Of a DNA stretch of 64,000 nucleotides, positions 41,342-50,683 are shown one piece after another; positions within the stretch are counted from its first letter, which is position 1; each line of letters starts with the position of its first letter. The DNA is taken from positions 106,144-170,143 of the forward strand of contig JALHOP010000010.1 of NCBI GenBank assembly GCA_022842935.1, in the 5' to 3' direction. The notes under the pieces were generated by a model, which saw only the letters and a program-made list of their open reading frames with translations, was not told where the DNA came from and made no database searches. Position numbers and translations under genes: made by a program. This stretch comes from Myxococcota bacterium. GTDB lineage: Bacteria; Myxococcota; XYA12-FULL-58-9; JALHOP01.

Positions 41342-42151
41342 ATGAGCGCTTTGACCATCGAGCTCAACGAACCGACCCCAGGCGCCGTTTCCAGAAGGAC
41401 CAGCCGGTCGCGCCGAGCCCTGAACCCCCAGGCTGCCACGACCCATACGCTGACCCCGCCCGCCCGAAGCCCCCAGACTGTGGAAACGACGCGCGCCGTC
41501 GAGCGTGCTTGTACGGACCTGCAATGGCTCGTCATGCGTGAAGCACGTCGCGTCGCGCGTCGCGTTCCTTACTTCACCGAAATCGATGATCTCATCGGCG
41601 CCGGGTCGGTCGGACTCGTGACGGCGGTCCAACGGCACATCGACCGCCCAATGCCCATTCTGCAGCGCTTCGCCCAGCTGCGCATCCGCGGCGCCATCCT
41701 CGACCACCTGCGCATGAACGACCACCTCACGCGCCGTCAGCGTGCAGCGGTGGGTCAGCTTCGCAAACAAACGGAAAAGATGACCCGCGAAGGCAAGGTG
41801 GTCGACACCGACAGCCTCGCTGCGGCCATGGGAATGGGCCGGGCCCGCGTCGAGCGCATCCGCTACCAGCTGTCCGCGGTCCACGTCACCCACCTCGGAG
41901 ACGACGAGCGCATGCCGGCCGGGGATGACGACCCGAGCGCATCGACCATGAAGAACGAGCTGCAAAAGCACTTGGTTGCCGCGCTTGCGACCCTGCCGGA
42001 TAAGGTGCAGACCCTCCTAAGCCTCTATTACTACGAAGGTTTATCGTATCGGGAGATTGGCACCGTCCTAGGCGTGACAGACTCCCGTGTGTGCCAGCTG
42101 CATACCCAAGCGATGCTCACATTGCGCCGCCGGCTCGCCCACTTGCGCTAG
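41342..42151 (+). CDS. fliA: FliA/WhiG-family (sigma-28) RNA polymerase sigma factor
   Basis: DDLIGAGSVGL, RIRGAILDHLR and LSLYYYEGLSYREIGTVLGVTDSRVCQLH. Confidence 0.85.
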   Translation: MSALTIELNEPTPGAVSRRTSRSRRALNPQAATTHTLTPPARSPQTVETTRAVERACTDLQWLVMREARRVARRVPYFTEIDDLIGAGSVGLVTAVQRHIDRPMPILQRFAQLRIRGAILDHLRMNDHLTRRQRAAVGQLRKQTEKMTREGKVVDTDSLAAAMGMGRARVERIRYQLSAVHVTHLGDDERMPAGDDDPSASTMKNELQKHLVAALATLPDKVQTLLSLYYYEGLSYREIGTVLGVTDSRVCQLHTQAMLTLRRRLAHLR

Positions 42152-42191
42152 TTCGGCCGATCCCTGTGACGGCACGACGATCGGGAGTCGC

Positions 42192-42219
42192 TAAAGTTTT
42201 TGCGAGCAAGCGCCGTTCT
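42192..42219 (+). promoter_or_regulatory. Sigma-28 promoter candidate
   Basis: TAAAGTTT...GCCGTTCT with TAAA-N16-GCCG spacing, 8 nt before ATG 42228. Confidence 0.6.
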
Positions 42220-42227
42220 TGTTCTCG

Positions 42228-42467
42228 ATGGCTACCAAGCTCGCGAGAAAAGACGATCCAGCCTTGTGGAGCACGTATCCATCCGCCGGTACTGCAACCG
42301 CGCCGTTAAGCGCCCGGCGTGATGCCTGCGAGCGGCAGCGACGCATTGCCCACCTCCGCGAGCTCGTCTCCTCTGGCACCTACAAGGTCAACCTCGAGCG
42401 CCTGGCGGGCGCCCTCATTCGCCGGGGTGGACTGGCGCGTGCGGTCTACCCCCGCGCGCTCAACTAG
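42228..42467 (+). CDS. flgM: FlgM-like anti-sigma-28 factor
   Basis: RIAHLRELVSSGTYKVNLERLAGALI matches the FlgM C-terminal sigma-binding pattern. The gene is adjacent to fliA. Confidence 0.7.
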   Translation: MATKLARKDDPALWSTYPSAGTATAPLSARRDACERQRRIAHLRELVSSGTYKVNLERLAGALIRRGGLARAVYPRALN

Positions 42468-42477
42468 ACGGTTGCGG

Positions 42478-43422
42478 TCAGGGAACGAGGACGTCGCGCG
42501 GGATGACGTAGATCTCCGTAGGCTTATCGACGATCACGTTGCTGTTGTCCGTCGACAGCAACACGTCGCCGTTCTTCGTCCAGGCGATGCCCTCGAAGTT
42601 CGGCAACGGCTGGACGAGAGGCAGGAGGTCGAGCGCGACGACGGCGGTGATCTCCTGTAACTCGCCGTCCGCAGGTACGTCGAAGCGGACAATCCGGCCG
42701 ACGCCAAAGTGGCGCTCGATAGCTAGCACCTGGATGCCGTTGTCATCGCGGGCGCGGCACTCGAACGACGCGATCTTGCCTGCGTTACTCGTGAGCCAAA
42801 GCTTCCCGTAGCTCCACGCGTGCGTACCGAAGTCATAACGTGCGATGGGCGCGTAGCGACGACCTCTCTCGGAGACAACCACTTCGGTGCCAACGACGAT
42901 CGAGCCCAAAGCCGCGCAAATCGCTTCGATACCGTGGTTGATTCCGGCGCGCTGCCCCCACGCGTTATAGTCGAGCTTGATTTCGTCGGTAACGTGCGCC
43001 TCGTTCTCGTTCACTTCGACGAGCAGCAGCGCGTCCTCACGACGACTGTGATGGGTCTCGGTGCCGACGGCGAAATGGCCCGGAGACAAAAAGGCGATTG
43101 CCTCTGTATCGAGCCCTTCGCGCACGCCGGCGAGCGGGATTGTCTTCTCGACTCGGAAGACACCGCCCTCATCGCGAAAGCGGACGATTCTACGCTGGCG
43201 CTCCGGAATCGCGACATAGGCTCCGTCGTGGTCAACGGCGAGGCCCGACAGACCATCGCTCGTCGAACCCGCAAGAGTGCTACGCTGAATACCCTGGGTC
43301 GCTGCCGCCTTGTTGACCTCGAGCACCTTGGCGTCGGCATTGTCTGGTTCGCGCGAGCAGGCTACGGCGTAAGCAAAGAGCACCACTGCCAAGTGGCGGC
43401 TGAGGGAGGCGCGGAAAACCAC
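42478..43422 (-). CDS. Beta-propeller lipoprotein (phytase-like/SdiA-regulated-like)
   Basis: Lipobox AVAC, LSGL, DTEAIA, GIEAI, NFEGIA and STDN. Confidence 0.7.
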   Translation of the reverse strand: MVFRASLSRHLAVVLFAYAVACSREPDNADAKVLEVNKAAATQGIQRSTLAGSTSDGLSGLAVDHDGAYVAIPERQRRIVRFRDEGGVFRVEKTIPLAGVREGLDTEAIAFLSPGHFAVGTETHHSRREDALLLVEVNENEAHVTDEIKLDYNAWGQRAGINHGIEAICAALGSIVVGTEVVVSERGRRYAPIARYDFGTHAWSYGKLWLTSNAGKIASFECRARDDNGIQVLAIERHFGVGRIVRFDVPADGELQEITAVVALDLLPLVQPLPNFEGIAWTKNGDVLLSTDNSNVIVDKPTEIYVIPRDVLVP

Positions 43423-43441
43423 GTCCTCAGGTAGGAGAGCC

Positions 43442-44437
43442 GTGACGGAGCGTCAAGTGTTGGTTTCCGTGCTCATGCCGGCTCGCAACGCCGAGGCTAC
43501 CATCGAGGCCGCCGTCGCGAGCATCTCGGCTCAAACGCTCACCGACCTGGAGCTCGTCGTCGTCGACGATGGCAGCAGTGATCGGACCGCCAGAATCGTG
43601 GCTCGCATTGCGACCACCGACAGGAGGATCCGGCTCATCAATGGCGCGTCGCTGGGTCTCGTGCCCGCTCTGAATCGCGCGCTCGACGCGGCACGCGCAC
43701 CCTGGCTCGCCCGCATGGACGCCGATGACATCGCTCACCCCGAGCGTCTTGAGCGCCAAATGCGGCTGACCGACAACGCGGACATTATCGGCTGCGGCGT
43801 GCGCATCGTCGGAGCCGGCGAAGGCTACGCACGCTACGCCACCTGGCTCAATAGCCTCGTTACGCACGAGGCGATGATGCGCGAGCGCTTCATCGAGAGT
43901 CCGCTTGCCCACCCCTCTGTGCTCATGCGGCGAGCCACCGTCCTCGCGCTCGGTGGTTACAGAGACATGGGCTGGGCCGAAGACTACGACTTGTGGCTGC
44001 GCGCCGCGAACGAGGGCGCAAGGTTCGCTAAGGAGCCGCAAGTGCTACTCGACTGGATCGATCGCAGCGATCGCACGTCGCGCGTCGATGACCGCTATGG
44101 CGAAGAAGCATTCCAGGCATGCAAGGCTCACCACCTCGTCCTTGGTCCGCTCGCGGCGAAGCGCTGCAGCATCTGGGGCGCGGGCCCCACTGGAGCTCGC
44201 CTTGGCCGCGCCCTGCGGAAGCTCGGCGTCGTGGTCACACGATACATCGACGTCGATCCCAAGAAGATCGGAAGCACGCGGGGAGGCTCACCCGTGATCG
44301 CCGCAACGGATATCGACCGCGAGCGCGACGTCCCACTGCTCGCCGCCGTTGGCGCCCGCGGAGCGCGCGAGCTGGTGCGCGCGGAGCTCGTCTCACGTGG
44401 GTACGTGGAGGCCACCGATTTCTGGTGTGTCGCCTAG
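43442..44437 (+). CDS. Glycosyltransferase family 2
   Basis: SVLMP, DDGSSD, RMDADD, AHPS and EDYDLWLR. Confidence 0.9.
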   Translation: MTERQVLVSVLMPARNAEATIEAAVASISAQTLTDLELVVVDDGSSDRTARIVARIATTDRRIRLINGASLGLVPALNRALDAARAPWLARMDADDIAHPERLERQMRLTDNADIIGCGVRIVGAGEGYARYATWLNSLVTHEAMMRERFIESPLAHPSVLMRRATVLALGGYRDMGWAEDYDLWLRAANEGARFAKEPQVLLDWIDRSDRTSRVDDRYGEEAFQACKAHHLVLGPLAAKRCSIWGAGPTGARLGRALRKLGVVVTRYIDVDPKKIGSTRGGSPVIAATDIDRERDVPLLAAVGARGARELVRAELVSRGYVEATDFWCVA

Positions 44438-45619
44438 GGCGCGCGCCAGTGCCTCGTAGTCCGCGCGATCGTTGTAGAGCTGCGCAGAGACACGGAACCA
44501 GCGGTGCGGCGACGACGGCCAGGCGAACACCGGTACCTCGATTGCGTGTGTATCAAAGAGCGTGCGTGCGAGCGGGTCGATCGGAGCGGTAGGCTGCGTG
44601 CCACGCCATGCGAGATGGGCGGGCAACGGCAGTGTGACCAAGGCGCCAAGCATGCTCTCTGGCACCGGCGGCGCGAGGCCAAACGTCGAACACAGATGGT
44701 CACGCGCTGCCCGCGCCATGGCGCGATTGCGGGCGCGCAGCTCTGGCCAGCCCCCTGGGAGAAGCCCCGCCATCACTTCGATGGCCCTCGGGATGCAAAG
44801 AAAGCCGGTGCAGTCGTAGGTGCCAGGCCAGTCGTGATCGCGACGAAATCCCTCCGTGCCCCCAGCACCGCGCGCGACGACGAGTGGACGAAACCCCTTC
44901 TGTCGGTCCCGGCGGACGTGGACGAACGCCGTCCCCTTTGGACTGCATAACCACTTATGTAAGTTACCCACGTAGTAGGCCGCGCCAATCGCGCTGACGT
45001 CGAGCTCGAGCATGCCGGTGGCGTGCGCACCGTCGACGAGGACATCGATGCCACGGGCCTCGAGCTTGGCGACGAGTTTCTCGACTGGCATGACCACGCC
45101 GGTCGGACTGGTGACGTGATCGATGAGCACGAGGCGTGTTTGCGAGCTCGTGGCCGCGAGCACGGCCTCAATCACCGAGTCGCCATCACGGAGCGGCAAG
45201 GGAATCTCGACGACCACGAGACGGAGGTCGCGGCGCCGGGCGAGGGCCTGCATAGCCATGCGACAGGACAGGTAGTCGTGATTGGTGGTGACGATCTCGT
45301 CGCCCGCTTCGAGCTCGAGATTCTCGAGCACGAGGTTCACGCCGGTGGTTGCATTGGTGACGAAAATGAAGTCGTCAGCGTCTGCGTTAACGAACACACC
45401 CAAGGCATGACGCGCACGTGCGAGCTCCGGGCCGACATAGTGCGCGAAGAACTGCGCCGGCTCCCGCTCCATGCGGGCGCGAAGCTCGCTTTGGTGCTCG
45501 AGCACCGCGCGGGGTGTCGCACCGAAGGCGCCGTGGTTGAGGTAACGAACCTTCGGATCGAGCATCCAGAAGTCGCGCGATTTGGGCATTGACACAGGCC
45601 AAACTGGCTCAGACGTCAT
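44393..45619 (-). CDS. Class V PLP-dependent enzyme (isopenicillin-N epimerase / cysteine lyase-like)
   Basis: LNHGAFG, NATTG, DHVTSPT, DGAH, NLHKW and RVSAQLYN. Confidence 0.9.
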   Translation of the reverse strand: MTSEPVWPVSMPKSRDFWMLDPKVRYLNHGAFGATPRAVLEHQSELRARMEREPAQFFAHYVGPELARARHALGVFVNADADDFIFVTNATTGVNLVLENLELEAGDEIVTTNHDYLSCRMAMQALARRRDLRLVVVEIPLPLRDGDSVIEAVLAATSSQTRLVLIDHVTSPTGVVMPVEKLVAKLEARGIDVLVDGAHATGMLELDVSAIGAAYYVGNLHKWLCSPKGTAFVHVRRDRQKGFRPLVVARGAGGTEGFRRDHDWPGTYDCTGFLCIPRAIEVMAGLLPGGWPELRARNRAMARAARDHLCSTFGLAPPVPESMLGALVTLPLPAHLAWRGTQPTAPIDPLARTLFDTHAIEVPVFAWPSSPHRWFRVSAQLYNDRADYEALARALGDTPEIGGLHVPT

Positions 45620-45642
45620 TTTCGTCTCCGCGCGAATCGCTC

Positions 45643-45670
45643 TTGCGCTCCGGCCGTCAATGCCTAGAAT
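45643..45670 (+). promoter_or_regulatory. Sigma-70-like promoter of the histone-fold gene
   Basis: TTGCGC-N16-TAGAAT, followed by RBS AGGAG. Confidence 0.45.
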
Positions 45671-45705
45671 CGCCCGCGCTGTACCACTTTCAGGAGATTT
45701 GAACG

Positions 45706-45900
45706 ATGGCCGAGCAGAAGAAAGAGCGTGAAGTCGTGGTCGTGGGCTCGAAGCTCAAGGACGCCGTGAAGGCGGCTGGTTGCCAGAGCTCGGGCGACCT
45801 GGTCGAAGCAGTCTCGGAGAAGGTCCACGACATGCTCATCGCGGCGGTCGAGCGCGCCAAGCAAAACGGCCGCGCTACGGTTCGTCCTTACGACCTCTAA
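45706..45900 (+). CDS. Bacterial single histone-fold protein (64 aa)
   Basis: Short alpha1 (SKLKDAVK), long alpha2 and C-terminal RAKQNGRATVRPYDL, the R-x-T-x4-D histone L2/alpha3 motif. Confidence 0.85.
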   Translation: MAEQKKEREVVVVGSKLKDAVKAAGCQSSGDLVEAVSEKVHDMLIAAVERAKQNGRATVRPYDL

Positions 45901-45973
45901 TTCGTTTCGGCCTCGTCGGGCGTCTCTCCGCGAGGAGAGGCGCCGACGAACGTCGGACCCAACGAACGTCGAG

Positions 45974-45997
45974 AAGGCCTCCCCCGAGGCCTTTTTT
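45974..45997 (+). terminator. Intrinsic terminator after the histone gene
   Basis: AAGGCCTC-cccc-GAGGCCTT-TTTT. Confidence 0.75.
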
Positions 45998-46976
45998 ACG
46001 TTTTTGTCCAATCGATGACGAGCTTACCGAAGGTATCGTTCCGTTCGAGGCGTTGATGCGCTTCGCGGATGGCGCTTGGTGCGACGAGACTGTCGACGAC
46101 TGGTCGCAAGCGACCGGTGGCGAGATCAGGAACGACGTGCTGCTCGACCGCTCGAGCGAGCAAGATTTTTTCGGCGACTGGGCGCGTCCTCAGAACCGTG
46201 CCGCGCAGGATGAGCCGTTTGCTGAGGAGCCGGCCGAGGTCGAGCTCGGCCGTAGAACCGGCAGTGAGGCCAATGAGAACGTGACGTCCGCGATCGCGTA
46301 GCAGGGCCAGCGACGGTCGCACCATCGCCCCCCCGACGAGGTCAATGACGACGTCGACTCCTTCTGGGGCGAGCTGCTTCACGGCGTTCGGCCATTGCGC
46401 GTCACTCACGACACCGTCGACGTCACCGAGAAGCTTTGCGCGCGAGAGCTTGTCTGCGCTGCGCGATGTACCAATGACTCGCGCCCCCGCGCGGTTTGCG
46501 AGTTGCAGAGCCGCGGTGCCGACACCGCTACCCACGGCGTGGATGAGAACGAGCTCGCCACGCTCGAGGGCGCCCTCGGTGAACAACCCGTCGTAGGCTG
46601 TCATGAATGCCTCCGGCACTGCGGCGGCATGCTGCAAGGACATGCCCGCGGGGGCGCGCATGACTTCGTCGGCGGGCACGATGATTTGCTCGGCGTAGGC
46701 GCCACCACCGACGATCCCCATCACGCTCTCGCCGACCGTCAGACCGGTGTTGCCGCCCACTTCATCGATGACCCCGGCGTACTCGACGCCGAGAACATCG
46801 GTCGGTGACCCCTTGGGTGGGGGATAGAGTCCGCGGCGTTGGAGCAGGTCGACCCGGTTCAGCCCGCTGCCATGGACGCGAACGCGAACCTCGCCACGGC
46901 CGGGCGCGGGAGTTGGCCGCTCCTCGAGTCGCAACACGTCAACGTCGCCGGGCCTGTCGAAGACGATGGCGCGCAT
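45996..46976 (-). CDS. NAD(P)H-quinone oxidoreductase, PIG3 family
   Basis: NRVDLLQRRGLYP, LGVEYAG, PEAFMTA, HAVGSGVG and GKLV. Confidence 0.92.
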   Translation of the reverse strand: MRAIVFDRPGDVDVLRLEERPTPAPGRGEVRVRVHGSGLNRVDLLQRRGLYPPPKGSPTDVLGVEYAGVIDEVGGNTGLTVGESVMGIVGGGAYAEQIIVPADEVMRAPAGMSLQHAAAVPEAFMTAYDGLFTEGALERGELVLIHAVGSGVGTAALQLANRAGARVIGTSRSADKLSRAKLLGDVDGVVSDAQWPNAVKQLAPEGVDVVIDLVGGAMVRPSLALLRDRGRHVLIGLTAGSTAELDLGRLLSKRLILRGTVLRTRPVAEKILLARAVEQHVVPDLATGRLRPVVDSLVAPSAIREAHQRLERNDTFGKLVIDWTKT

Positions 46977-46979
46977 GCG

Positions 46980-47801
46980 TTACAGACCTGTCCGCGCGAG
47001 GACACCTTGCAGCTCGCCGAAGCCCCGCAGTCGGTAGCCATAACGAGGGTTCTCCGGCCAAGCACCGCCGCCTCCGAGCAACAACGTCACGCCATGCTTC
47101 TCGCAGGCTGCGCCAACGCTTTCGACTTGCCGCTCCAAGTGCGACGCATCCGCAGAGATCGGGGAGGCCGAGAGCGCCACCATGCGAACGCTGCCCCCAG
47201 AGACAAAGCGTGTGAGCTCGGTGGTGGGGGTGTTGCGTCCTGCCCACCGGGGGAGCCAACCAGCCTCGCGCAGGCAAAGCTCGAGCAACGACAACCCGAA
47301 CGTATGCTGGTCACCCTCGGCTGTCGCGAGGAGACAGCGCGGGGCGTCGTCGCCGACCGGGAGAGATTCCGCAAGCATCGTCAGGCCGCGCTGCAGCACT
47401 TCACTCGCGAGATGCTCCTCGACAATCGTCATGCGGCCTTCCGTCCAGCGCTGACCCGCGGCATGGAGTACCGGACCGATCGCGTCGGCTACGCGCCACC
47501 AGCAGCCGCGCGCGGCGCGCTCGGTGAGTAACGCCGCTTGGACTTCGTAAGCGACGGCGTCGCTCGTGAGCAGGTCGAGCCAACGGTCGACATGCTCGGC
47601 GTGCGTCGGCATGCCCTTGTCGAGCCCGTTGCGGCGAGCGAACGCAGTCACTGTCGAGCGTGCGAAGCGCCGGTGCCCGCCAAGCGTCTTCACGCACTCG
47701 AGCTCGCCACTCTCGGTCCAGCGCTTTACCGTCGACGGTCCCACCCCGAGGGTGCTCGCGACCTCGCCGCTGGTAAGGAGCTCCGCAGAGTCGTCACCCA
47801 T
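46980..47801 (-). CDS. Cobalamin-binding HTH regulator (CarH/CarA/LitR-like)
   Basis: N-terminal wHTH (TVKRW...TLGGHRRF), W-x9-EH (WTEGRMTIVEEH), DQHTFG and LLGG. Confidence 0.85.
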   Translation of the reverse strand: MGDDSAELLTSGEVASTLGVGPSTVKRWTESGELECVKTLGGHRRFARSTVTAFARRNGLDKGMPTHAEHVDRWLDLLTSDAVAYEVQAALLTERAARGCWWRVADAIGPVLHAAGQRWTEGRMTIVEEHLASEVLQRGLTMLAESLPVGDDAPRCLLATAEGDQHTFGLSLLELCLREAGWLPRWAGRNTPTTELTRFVSGGSVRMVALSASPISADASHLERQVESVGAACEKHGVTLLLGGGGAWPENPRYGYRLRGFGELQGVLARTGL

Positions 47802-47832
47802 GTTGCTTAAAGCTGGCCGTTTTGGGCGATTC

Positions 47833-47875
47833 TGTCAATCTTGGACGTTGACAAAGCGGCCGAAACGCCTAGTTT
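47833..47875. promoter_or_regulatory. Divergent promoter/operator region
   Basis: TGTCAA-N9-TTGACA palindrome giving a -35 hexamer on each strand. TAGTTT -10 candidate at 47870-47875. Confidence 0.5.
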
Positions 47876-47882
47876 TGGCCTC

Positions 47883-49367
47883 ATGCGCGTCGTCATCAGC
47901 GGTGCCACTGGTTTTGTTGGCCGAGCCCTCGTTCTGCGCCTCTTGCGCGATGGCCACAAGCTCACCGCCCTCGCCCGCTCGCCGGCTGCGGCGATCTCGC
48001 GACTCGGAGCTGACCTGCGGGTCGTCGACCTTGCAGACGACGCGGCGGTGCAAGAGGCGATGCGCGAGGCAGAAGCCATCATCAATCTCGCTGGCGAGTC
48101 GGTTGCACAGCGCTGGACCGCCAAGCGAAAAAGGGAGCTGCGTACGAGTCGGGTGGATAGCACGCGCAGGCTCGTCGACGCCGCCCAGAAGGCGGGCGCT
48201 AGGCCGCGTGTCTTCGTCTGCGCAAGCGCCATCGGCATCTACGGCGATACAGGCGACCGCACTGTCGACGAAACATCCGCTCCCGCGCACGACTTTCTTG
48301 CCGAGCTTTGCCGCGATTGGGAGGCCGAGGCGCGCAGCGCCGAGAATCTCGGTGCACGCGTCGCGCTCGTGCGCTTCGGTGTCGTCTTGGGTGACGGCGG
48401 TGGAGCCCTCGCCACCCTGTTACCGATGTTCAAGAGTGGGGTTGGGGGTAAGCTCGGTGACGGACGCCAGTGGTTTTCTTGGGTGCACTTGCAGGACGCG
48501 TGCGAAGTCGTCGCACAGGCATTGGTCGACGACCGCTATCGCGGCCCAATCAACGCGACCTCACCCAACCCCGTCACGAATGCTGAATTCACACGCACGC
48601 TAGGCCGCGTCCTCGGGCGCCCCACGGTCATCACGACGCCCAAGTTCGCGATACGCCTCGCGCTCGGTGAGGCCGCGACCGCCGTGCTTTCGTCGCAGCG
48701 CGTCCTGCCATCACGACTCGCCGAGCTCGGCTTCACGTTCGCGTATCCAGAGCTCGACGGTGCTCTGCGCGACCTGACCCACGCAGCTCCCACCGTCATG
48801 GTGCGTCCTATAGGACGCGAGCTGCCGAACCACCCGTACATTACTGCCAGACCTCCGACACACGTTCTGTCGCAGCGCACGGTCATTGACGCTCCCCTCG
48901 ACGAGGTCTTTCCATTCTTTGCCAAGGCGGAGAATCTGGGGGCGATCACACCGCCGAACATGGCGTTCACGATCACCACAGCGGGGCCGCTGACGATGGA
49001 GAAGAACCTCGTCATCGACTACCGCATTCGCATCGGGGGGCTGCCGCTACGATGGCGCACGGTCATCGAGGAGTGGCTGCCCGGCGAAGTGTTTACCGAC
49101 GCGCAGCATCGAGGCCCCTATCGGTCGTGGTTCCATGAGCACCGATTCCGCGCTGACGGGAACCGAACCATCATGGAAGACCAGGTTTGGTACGCCCTGC
49201 CCTTCGGTCCGCTGGGTCGCATCGTCAACGCGATTCAAGTGCGAGGAATGTTGCGGCGCATCTTCGAATACCGCGCCGGGCGCATCGCCTTACGTTTCGG
49301 CAAGAATCAGGCAAAGCAGACCCGCGCAACCGCGACGACGCTCTCCGCGAGCGCCGGCGTGTCGTAG
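47883..49367 (+). CDS. TIGR01777 (YfcH-like) epimerase fused to an SRPBCC domain
   Basis: GATGFVG, NLAG, SRV, SAIGIYG and [12 protein letters not shown]-terminal ITPP, FTDAQ..GPY..WFHEH and IFEYR. Confidence 0.88.
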   Translation: MRVVISGATGFVGRALVLRLLRDGHKLTALARSPAAAISRLGADLRVVDLADDAAVQEAMREAEAIINLAGESVAQRWTAKRKRELRTSRVDSTRRLVDAAQKAGARPRVFVCASAIGIYGDTGDRTVDETSAPAHDFLAELCRDWEAEARSAENLGARVALVRFGVVLGDGGGALATLLPMFKSGVGGKLGDGRQWFSWVHLQDACEVVAQALVDDRYRGPINATSPNPVTNAEFTRTLGRVLGRPTVITTPKFAIRLALGEAATAVLSSQRVLPSRLAELGFTFAYPELDGALRDLTHAAPTVMVRPIGRELPNHPYITARPPTHVLSQRTVIDAPLDEVFPFFAKAENLGAITPPNMAFTITTAGPLTMEKNLVIDYRIRIGGLPLRWRTVIEEWLPGEVFTDAQHRGPYRSWFHEHRFRADGNRTIMEDQVWYALPFGPLGRIVNAIQVRGMLRRIFEYRAGRIALRFGKNQAKQTRATATTLSASAGVS

Positions 49368-50215
49368 CCGCCCTCGAGGACGAACGCGACTGGAACGCGC
49401 CCGGCGCGGCGTAGAATACGATCCGCCATTGCGGCGAAGCCCTGCGTCGTGACCTCGCAACTCGCGAGCGGGTCGCGAGCGTGGGCATCGAAGCCGGCGC
49501 TGACGATGATGAGCTCAGGAGCGATGCGCTCGTAGAAGTCACCGAGCGCTTCATCGATAGCGGCCAGGAACTCGGCATCACCGCTGCCCGCGCGCACCGG
49601 ATGATTGAGCGTCGCACCGAGGCCCTCCTCCGCACCCCGCTCTTCACGCGCGCCGGTACCGGGGTAGAGGGGCCACTCGTGCACCGAGAAGTAGCCGACA
49701 GTCGGGTCGCGATAGAAGATGTCCTGCGTGCCGTTGCCGTGATGAACATCCCAGTCGATGATGAGCGTACGCTTCGCGGCCGCTCGAGCCGCGATGGCCA
49801 CGTTGTTGAACAGACAAAACCCCATCGGTGTGTTGGCAGTCGCGTGGTGTCCGGGGGGGCGCACCAGCACGAGTCCCCTCTGGGCTTCGCCATGCACAAG
49901 CCGCGTCGTGAGCTCGACAGTGGTACCGGCAGCGCGTCGGGCAATTTCGTACGAATCGCGCGTGACATAGGTGTCCGCGTCGATCGAGCCGCCACCGGCT
50001 AGCGCCATGCCTCGCACCATCTCGATATGCCTAGACGTGTGTACGGCGGCGAGCTCGGTGTCAGTCGCCGAGCGCGCCGCGACGTCCGTGAGATCGAGAC
50101 TGGCACGAGCCAGCGCCTCGTCGATGGCCACGACACGCTCAGGTCTCTCGGGATGGCCAAGCGGTCCGCGATGCCGGACATGACCAGGGTCGCGGGCCAA
50201 CAGAACAGGCGTCAC
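49307..50215 (-). CDS. Histone deacetylase family amidohydrolase (AcuC/AphA-like)
   Basis: [39 protein letters not shown] and EGGY. Confidence 0.93.
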   Translation of the reverse strand: MTPVLLARDPGHVRHRGPLGHPERPERVVAIDEALARASLDLTDVAARSATDTELAAVHTSRHIEMVRGMALAGGGSIDADTYVTRDSYEIARRAAGTTVELTTRLVHGEAQRGLVLVRPPGHHATANTPMGFCLFNNVAIAARAAAKRTLIIDWDVHHGNGTQDIFYRDPTVGYFSVHEWPLYPGTGAREERGAEEGLGATLNHPVRAGSGDAEFLAAIDEALGDFYERIAPELIIVSAGFDAHARDPLASCEVTTQGFAAMADRILRRAGRVPVAFVLEGGYDTPALAESVVAVARVCFA

Positions 50216-50559
50216 GCCTTACCGCCGATGTTCAGACGGTCGAGCTCACGTCCGAGGCGCCCCGTGAGAGCCAAAAACAGCATTTTCCAATCCCCCAAGA
50301 AGGACCAGACGGGATAGGTGAAGGTCGCTGGTCGATTCTTCTCGATGGCAAAGTGCGACAGCCAGGCAAGGCCGTACGAGGCGACGAGCGCCGCCGGTAT
50401 CAGCGCCCAGCGTCGCGTAAGGAGCGCAAAGAGAAAGAGGGCGGCGCCGACCACCGTCCCGACGAAGTGGAAAACCCGCGTCGAGCCACGCGCGTGCTCA
50501 CCCAGGTAATACGGCCAAAACTCGCCAAAGCTCCCATAGCGCTTGCCCGACATGGACAT
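50212..50559 (-). CDS. DUF962/Mpo1-like membrane protein
   Basis: [13 protein letters not shown] and [16 protein letters not shown]. Confidence 0.88.
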   Translation of the reverse strand: MSMSGKRYGSFGEFWPYYLGEHARGSTRVFHFVGTVVGAALFLFALLTRRWALIPAALVASYGLAWLSHFAIEKNRPATFTYPVWSFLGDWKMLFLALTGRLGRELDRLNIGGKA

Positions 50560-50683
50560 GAGCCTAACCCCGTCCCTCGATGGTGTCGATCCAACCCCTA
50601 TCCCTGCGGGCAACGAACCCAATCCCGCGAGCATATCGCGTTGATCCGTTTGGCAATTGCTGCCGCAGCGCTATGTTGAAGTC

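Noticed and set aside
44393-44437. Convergent 3' overlaps (45 bp here, 61 bp at 49307-49367)
   Set aside because: Common in GC-rich genomes where stop codons are scarce. The overlapping tails are not conserved domain sequence.
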